DNA of 59,775 nucleotides, filler included, from Bipalium vagum (Eukaryota): NCBI GenBank assembly GCA_037834085.1. It is 3 parts of 3 records of this genome, joined end to end, with 100 filler letters (N's around TTAATTAATTAA, not from the genome) between each part and the next. Parts side by side here need not be neighbours in the genome. Positions count along the whole stretch, not along the records: positions 40,685 to 59,775 come from JBBMKC010010818.1; 2 more parts are not named here. One strand, 5' to 3'. Shown piece by piece: positions 51,623 to 59,775 of this stretch (position 1 is its first letter; each line of letters starts with the position of its first letter). The notes under the pieces were generated by a model. It saw only the letters and a program-made list of their open reading frames with translations, ran no database searches and was not told where the DNA came from. The position numbers and the translations under genes were made by a program.

Positions 51623-54600
51623 ACTACCCAGGCAATATTATATATTATATAATACATATAATATTATATATTATATATTATTTATTATTTATTAGCTTTA
51701 TATATAAAATTTTAAGTTGCATTTGCTGAATGCATTTTTTCTAAAATCAAGTGAGAAAAATATTAGTCTAGTCGTTACAACTTAATCATGGGTTTTATAA
51801 AAAAGACTGAAAAATCAAAAAATTAAAATTATTTTATTTTACATCCATGTTGAATTATTATTGGACTTTTATTTCTATTTTACTTTGTGAAAATATCAGC
51901 AATTGTCTCAAGTTTGCAAGAAATAAATATTTTTCAGGGAATAAATAAAAATTATTCACTGATTAAAACAAATTTATTAAAAAGCAAAAAATATAATTTA
52001 CAATCATAATAAAAAAAATATTATAAATATACTTTTATATGATAAAAATATTATTATTATTTATTAAATTTTATTAATTTTTAATAAGAAAATTTTTTTT
52101 AATTAACTAATTTTTAAAAAAAATTAATTTATGTTTAAAGATGTTTTATTTTAATGTTATATATTGCTTTAACATGAAATATATAATATTATTTTAATAT
52201 TAGTTAGTTTTTAAGTATCTTAAAAAACTTAATCAGTAATCAATAGTGAATCAATTCATTACAAGTGGTGCGTTTTTGCGCTTTTAACGGCTGACTTTTT
52301 AAAAAAATGTTTCAGTAGTAAAGTCATAATTAGATTTTTTTAATTCTCTCTGAATTGATCTATTAATAACCGATACACTCCAGTGAGGATTTCTTAAATT
52401 TTGATTCAATAACTTGATAGACCAGATATGACACCAACTAGGCTTACGCTTGTCTCTAATTTCCTAACATGACACAGGTAAAATAGAACGGACAATATGA
52501 ACAATTATGATGTGAAATGCAACTGAAATAATGACAAGTAAGTTTGGGGTTATTATTTAAATTTTATTTAAATTAAAAGAATTTTTAAAAATACAAACCG
52601 AGTCCTGAAAATATTTTAAATTAAAAATAATTAATTTGTACCACAATAAAAAATAATAATTTATAATTTTTCTATTTTTGGAAATTTCGGTTAAATATCG
52701 ATTTTATTTCCAAATGCATTATATCATTCCTAATACAAAAAACCTGATATGCAAAATATACTATAATTTTATATTTAATTTAAAAACCAATATAGTTTAT
52801 GCATTTTACTGTACCATTTTTGTGCAAAGAAAAAGAATAAAAAATAAAACAAATATTATTTGAAAGTATTGAATAATAAAAATTTTTAGCTGATATTACA
52901 GAACAAAATGCACGATTTTCAAAATTAATTAATCAAAAATTAATAAAATTAGTTCATATTAAAAAAAATGTTTTATAAAAAATATTAATTTTGATTTTCA
53001 AATATTCAAAGTATTCATTCTAAGAAAAAAATATTAATCAATTGTTTCAATTAATCAATTTCATTGAAAATGGATATATCTGAAATTGAAATCATTATGA
53101 AATATTAGTTTTTACGAAGCACAACGGCAGAAAAGTAATTAAATTATAAAATTATAAAAAAAAATTTTAAAATATAAATAAAGCTTTGTCCTTAGAATCA
53201 AGATAGAACCTAATTTCCATTTGAATGTCTCTATTATGAGAGATTTATTTAATATGGAAATACTAAAATAATAGTAAAACGTGAATAAAATAAACAATTA
53301 AATTGTTAACAATAAAATAAAATTAATTTTAAAAATATTTTTTAATTTGTATAATTTATTATTTTAAAATTAAAAGAAATAAAATTAAAAAAGGAAAAAA
53401 TTAAAAATTCAACCTCTAAAAATGATAAATTATATAAATCAAATAAAAAATGTGAATAATAAAGAATATATAACATAAAATCATAATTTTAATTTAAAAT
53501 ATTTTTATAAAATACAGAGGAGTTTTATAGTTTAAATTTAATATTAAATCTCATTTTAATAATTTTAATTTAATAATTTTAAAAAAATTGGTTTTATTTT
53601 AAAAAAATTTTATTTGTATAAAATGCTTTTGAAAATGTTCAGCAGAATTTCACAATGGGGAAAATTAATATTTTATTGTGAACGGAATAAGAAGTAATTT
53701 TTTTTATGTTTCAATGGTTGAGAATTAAAATTTTATTTTATACTTTTAATGTACAATTAGAAAATATTAGAAAAAAAATCTTTTTCTTTCCTGACGATCG
53801 TTGCAAATAAAATATTTTAAAAACTATTAAATAGTATGAAAATCATAAATATCTTCTTTTTCATCTTTAATTAATAATTACAAAAATATGAATTTTCACT
53901 ACGAAGGTAAAGCCTAAGTGGAGAATTGTCAATATTTGCTCATCAGACGTGATCAATTGATTCTCACACAAGATCAACCTCAATCAGAACAGTAAATTAT
54001 GTATAAATATGTTTTTAATCTTTTGAACATTATTATAAAAAAAGGAAAAATCCTTATTTATAACGTTTAATTCTTGTTTTATCTATTATTGAAATAGGAT
54101 GGAAATCTCTCTCTTTCCCTCCCACTCTCTCTCTCTCTCCATAAATATATTTAAATATTTTATTATATAAATTATTTAAATATATTTTTATTCAATTAAG
54201 ATTTTTTAAAACTTTTTCGATTTATCTTATTTTTTCATAATATCTTATTAATAAAAATACATTAATTAATGTTTAATTATTTTCCAAAAATTAATTAATT
54301 CTAAATTTTTAATTTATTTATATTAAAATATGAAATTAAAAAATTTGTGATTTTTTTATTTAGTTTGATTTTAAAAATTTTATTTTTTTAATATTAAATT
54401 TTAATTTTTTAAAAAAAATTTTTTAATATCAGAATAATGTATAGGCATATTGTGTTTTTAATTAAAAAATATAACAACAAATCGAATTTAAATATAGTAA
54501 ATAATAATATAAACTATAGTAATAATAATAATAATAAATAATTAAAATAATAATTAAAATAATTATTAAAATAATAATTAAAATAATAATTAAAGTAATA

Positions 54601-54799
54601 ATTAAAATATTAATAAAAATACTAAATAAATAATAATAAATTAATAATACTAATAATTGAAAAAATTTTTAAAAATAATTATAATATTAATATTAATAAT
54701 AATACTAATAATAATATTAATATTAATAGTGTAAACAATGATTAAAAATTCTTTTCTGCATGAAAATAAACATTGTTTCATGAAGAAAAGAACAAGATC

Positions 54800-55410
54800 A
54801 ATTTATATAAAGATGAAAGACCAACCTGATCTATGGTAAAGACTGTTGGACGGATCGTGTTCAGGACATAAGAAGAAAAATGAGCTAAGGAAAATTTCGA
54901 TTTTTCCCTAAAGCATGTGCAGTGTCAAATCCAATTGCTTAATGTTTCAATAGGGAAAACGTTGGTCCTCCATTTATCAAGTCCCAAATAAATCCTGTCC
55001 TGATGGATAGTGACAATATATTGACAACGAGAAACTTTTATTGGAAGACTGTTCTGACCAACCGTAAATCCGGAGTGAGATTGGAATGGTGAATTGAATA
55101 ATGCGCCGAGGAAGAAGTTGCCGCGCTGGGAAGCTTCCTAAATCGTGCCTCACGAAGATGGGCCTGTGTCGAACGTAAACCTTTGTATTGTCCTCTCTGT
55201 CTGAGCCGTCTGAGCCGTCTGATCAGCCCCAATTTCCGCTCGATGTGATTATATTTTCCATTGTCATTCCGTTTATTACTGCCTCAATTTGAACTATTTT
55301 CCAAATATTATGCTTCATGATAATTATGATTGTATTTATAATTGTCCCCATTGCACTGAACAAGTGTATTTTCAGCTTTGGAACAGCGACATCAAATGCT
55401 GTTCCCAGCA
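54800..55410 (-). mobile_element. Degenerate non-LTR reverse transcriptase fragment
   Basis: TAFDVAV (AFD motif), LGALFNS and IRPTVFT remnants; locally raised GC. Confidence 0.4.
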
Positions 55411-55689
55411 AATTACTTCGGTATTTCTTTCCTGAAAAATCTTTCCCATTCCTTTAATATAAAAATATTTTCATTTTATTTTTCCTTATCATTTCTTCAA
55501 AGAAATATTTTTGTTGACAAAAAAATCTGCTGGAAACTCGTTTTGTTTTTATGTCTGTCTCCACCTAAAAAAATGTTTTATCATTGATTTAATATATAAA
55601 ACAAAGAAAAAAAATTGAAATTGAAAAATCTGATGAAAAATATTTTTCAGTTATTTCCCATTTTCAGTATTGTGTGGGAAAAATGTTAT

Positions 55690-56403
55690 CACAAATGCAG
55701 ATCAAAACTTCCTTGCCGTGAATAATTCGCTTTGGTGTCGATTTGGACGCTTGTCCGCGGTCAGATATCGATTTTTTCATGTAGTATTATGGAAGTCATT
55801 GACTTTTGTCTTCAGTCAAATTACAGTGCAGAAATCTTTGTCTTTTTTGCCTTTCAAGCAAGATTTCACACTTGGTTTGACGGCTACTGATGTCTCTTTC
55901 TTTCAGTTCATATGGACACCATCTTCCTTCTTCATAACTCTTTCCAATGGCTGCCAAATGTTCTATAAACATTATCAACTGTTCAAGCTCATTTGTGATT
56001 GACATAGACCTTCAACCATTAGAACCTATTATTCATCGTCCTAGAACTTTTTCGGCTGACCGTGGACACAGAAATCAGTCATCTTGAAACGTCTGAACCA
56101 TTCTCTATATGATTTATCACTCGCAGAAATTTCACCACATGCTTCCATGAGTATTCGATATTTTTCAGCAGCTGTATTTTTCAAATGGAAGCAGAAGATA
56201 AGAACTTTCTGGATATTTTTTCAACTTTTGACATTTATAATTTAGTCAGACAAGATAATAATGTTACAATTCCGAATATTTATTAACAAAATACATGCAT
56301 TATTAAAATATTTTCCAACTAAAAAATAAATTAATCTGAAGTTTATAAAAATAATCAATTATTAATTGACATAAAAACCGACCTGATTAATTCAAATGCA
56401 TAA
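55690..56403 (-). mobile_element. Mos1-like (mauritiana) mariner, 5' half
   Basis: EGRWCPYELKERDISSRQTKCEILLERQKRQRFLHCNLTEDKS; WFRRFK; TIR-like end near 56400. Confidence 0.85.
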
Positions 56404-56648
56404 TACTAAATGACAATTAAGACTTATCAATACTTGTGTAAAATAAATAGAAATTATATCAAACGTAAAAAATAGTTATCAAGATCGTTTAAAGATAAAA
56501 TATATACTTCAAAATTACTTTCAGTAACACTTTAACTCTCAGGGACGTTGACTGTGAGCTTGTCAACGTTTGCACTGTTCATTCCTATCTTTATATATAT
56601 GTGGTTAGGGGTCTCAGAAAAATTTATTTTATCCTCCTAACAATAATA

Positions 56649-57597
56649 CAGTGCGCCACAAATTAATTGGCGCACTTACAAAAATGACATTATCTTTTGT
56701 CCAGAGATTTCAAAATATTTACACAATGTAGCTATTAGTGTCTTAATGTAAATGTAAAAAAATAATTGAAAAATTCTTAATATCACCAACTATATTAAGC
56801 AAAGAATATAAATATCAAGAAAAAGCCGACACAAATTAATCGTCACTCCAGATGACCTGCTTCCATTCGTCGCCCCATGCTACTTTAGTGATCGCCCATT
56901 GCAAACGCTTCAAATTGTGTTCAACTTTAAGTGATGGTTTCACCATCATTTTATGGTATTTTAAGACTATGGAATTGTTTATAAGACGGCGGATAGTTTC
57001 CTTGCTTACGTTTAAGTTAAGTTCATGTTTTATTGTCCAGTTTGAAATCTATTTATTGTTGGGTTTGCGAATAATCAATCGTTTCGTTTTGGGCGAAATC
57101 TTTGTCTTTGGACCAGACTTACGATTTTTGCTATCTCCATTTTTCAAATAATATCTTATAAAGCTTTCATTTCTGTTTAACTTATTTCCGATCCATCTGC
57201 TTGGTTTTCCGGCTTCGTGGTAGGCCCTAATCATACCTTTCTCAATGCCCGACATTTTGCATAAATTTGACATGGTAAGAATTTACTAAACAGTTTAAAT
57301 TATAATTTTTATAATTATTAATTCTCACTCATTATATTTTGTAAAAAATTATAAAATTAAAATTGATAAAGAAAATCCAAAGTCAATTTAGTGTGGCAAT
57401 TAATTACGGTCAACAAACATTTTGAATTATATAAACAAATTAAATTTATTTAAATTACAACTTAATTTAAAAAATACAATGCTGTTCGAATAAGTTCTTA
57501 TATCTTGTACTTTCGTCAATTTTATGAAAATTTATTACAGTTCAAAAATAATCTTTCTTGATTTTACAAGGTGCAGAAATTAATATGTGGCGCACTG
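56649..57597 (-). mobile_element. Tc1-like element with both TIRs, internally deleted after the first catalytic Asp
   Basis: TA|CAGTGCGCCACAAATTAATT ... AATTAATATGTGGCGCACTG|TA. ORF from 57273 (IEKGMIRAYHEAG, KSGPKTKISPKTKRLIIR) continues with frameshifts to WKQVIWSDD. Confidence 0.9.
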
Positions 57598-57699
57598 TAA
57601 CTATGTGGTTAGTTTCAACTGAAAAATTAAATAATTTTTAGACCCGGCAGTCAATATGTGTTGATTTTATTACGTAAGTGAGAATGTTTCTGCCGACTT

Positions 57700-58480
57700 A
57701 TTTTCATTATTTAAAAAATGAAAGTACTTACTAGGATTTATTTAATAAAATAATTTACATCATTATTAATGATCTTCCCCGATGTTTGTAGTAAACGCTC
57801 AATAGCATCTCTGCAGAATTTTCCCTTTTTTAATTCAAAGAAATCTTCTAATGTCTTTTTGACTGTAGCCTTTATTTTTGAATACCCTCTATTCCAGGAA
57901 ATACTACATCGATCTAAATAAACGGAAGTCTGATAGAACAATTTTAGCAATATGGCGGGTGTAAAAGAAGTTTGCACCCAATCCCCGTATTTCTTATCTT
58001 CAATCACCAGAAGATAAAAATAAACTCAATCTTTTTCTGATACGTACTACATGGTAATTCTTTACAAGAGGTTATGTTGAGACAATTTGTGCGGAACGCA
58101 AACAGTATGCAAAAATCTTTCCACTTGATGTTATATTAGTTAGAATTGCTGTGCAATGTTTGCCAAGAATCTGTCCCAACTCACGAGACGTCATGTTCAG
58201 ACCACGGTCGATTAATTGTCTCAAATCATAGTCTTCCAGTTTTTCAGGAAGACCCAACTTTGGTAGATCCTAAAGAATAATATTATTTTCTCTGAAGCGT
58301 ACGATCCTTATCGTGAACTGTCCTTTCAGAGAAAGCATTTGGATATACCGCACAGATATTTCTGGTGGTCTCTGAACTCATGGAGCATCACATTTTTTGA
58401 TTAGATTCGGATATCACCACACCCATGATTTTTGATTATCTCTCATAATCCACTATTAAGCTATATAATTTTTGGTATCC
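57700..58480 (-). mobile_element. Degenerate mariner
   Basis: GLPEKLEDYDLRQLID...TSRELGQILG; DFFELKKGKFCRDAIERL...IINNDVNYF. Confidence 0.7.
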
Positions 58481-58576
58481 AGTTTGAGAAAAAACCCGAT
58501 TGATTGTGGTTCTCAAAATGTTTGGACTGCTGAGCAAGGTTAAATAAAATCAAACTAATTTTAAAAGCATTTTAAA

Positions 58577-58577
<1 letters not shown>

Positions 58578-58625
<48 letters not shown>
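58578..58625. repeat. (AAT)n microsatellite
   Basis: About 16 units. Confidence 0.95.
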
Positions 58626-58626
<1 letters not shown>

Positions 58627-58629
58627 ACA

Positions 58630-59350
58630 GTGATCATCAGATATCCCACAGAAAGTATAGCGTAGTGAAGTCAGACTAACGAGAAAGCCACTCATTTGAA
58701 ACTCATGTTCCAATCCAGTGACTAAGAAACTGTCTATGAAACCAGTTTCCTACTGCATGCCAATAATGAATGGATTTCCCATCGTAGTGTAAGTACTTTC
58801 AACCTCTCGTTAATTTAGGCTCTACCATTCGTTTAATGTTTCACCAGTGACCATATTTTTTAAGAAGTATGGCCAAATGATATTGTCTGAAGTTAAACCA
58901 CACCCCACTGCTATTCTAGATTTGGCCTTACAAACAGGAATTTCTGGACTTAGAATAGGCTCAATAGAAGCACTTACTCTATTCAGCGTGAACGTACTCT
59001 TGAAATAAATTTTCTTTTATTTATTGATTATGTGTAAGCATGAGCATTTCTGAAAATGTTCAAATTTTGCTTTATCAGAACAATTTGAACTTTTCTTTCA
59101 TCGGAAGTCGAACAATCATCATATTTTGAAATTATATAAAAATTAATTATCGTTTTTAGTCTGAATAAACAAACTGGCAATATTTATATTTTATCAATTG
59201 TTATTTCAGAAGAAGGAACATTAACATGCACTGTTTCTAAAAATTGTGTCAATCTGTTTCCTGGAAGATCTTGAATATCTTTCTACGTCTTTATCAACTT
59301 GATATCCACATTGTCTTAGTCCACTGCTTCCTTCTCTAGAGATATCTCTC
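58630..59350 (-). mobile_element. Possible degenerate piggyBac transposase
   Basis: Remnants EITIDKI, ASIEPI (cf. SIDE), FIDSFL (cf. FMDNFF). Confidence 0.35.
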
Positions 59351-59700
59351 AAACAACCCTGTTCCCTTGAATGATTTCCAATTTACGTTATAACGTGAAG
59401 CTTTTTTATCAAATCAGATTTTTCTTTTTATAATAATGAAAAATATAATTAATAAAATAAAATAATTGTTTTAATTTTTCTTCTTTGCAAGACTCGGATT
59501 TTGATTGTCCTCCAAATTTTGATGGTCCTCCATTCATCAAATGGAAATAAAGTGAATCAGACCAATACTACAAAAGAACATCGATTTTTATAGACAATAA
59601 AATAAAAGTATTATATTAAGTATAATACAAATATTATTGATGCAGACCAGTTCCAAAAACTAATAAAGAAAGCAGAAATTTTATTATTAATTTTATTATA

Positions 59701-59704
<4 letters not shown>

Positions 59705-59775
<71 letters not shown>
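59705..59775. repeat. (ATT)n microsatellite at contig end
   Basis: Pure run. Confidence 0.97.

Noticed and set aside
55198-55223. GTCTGAGCC 9-bp tandem duplication
   Set aside because: Small slippage duplication inside a dead retroelement.

Overview
This is very AT-rich animal DNA with spliceosomal GT-AG introns, not prokaryotic DNA. The 46-58 nt minimal introns, abundant (AAT)n and dense mariner relics would fit a triclad flatworm or similar invertebrate (inference only). The window is three contigs (1-17501, 17602-40584, 40685-59775) joined by artificial 100-nt spacers (N44-TTAATTAATTAA-N44), so adjacency across the gaps is not biological evidence. Contig 1 carries the middle of a divergent misshapen/MAP4K4/TNIK-type STE20 kinase gene (11 exons, from the end of the kinase domain to the start of the CNH domain), with transposon-filled introns. 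Contig 2 carries the most interesting feature: a cluster of four paralogous genes (three complete on -, plus the last exon of one on +). They encode ~425-435 aa Rapunzel-like proteins with signal peptides, an identical 4-exon structure, an amphipathic helix plus coiled coil at the N-terminus, a 4-Cys C-terminal domain with a hypervariable core, and shared upstream motifs. They are a candidate uncharacterised secreted toxin or defence family. Contig 3 has no clear host coding exon and is mostly degenerate transposon fragments (mariner, Tc1, pogo/Tigger, piggyBac, non-LTR). Family assignments come from recalled motifs, not database searches.
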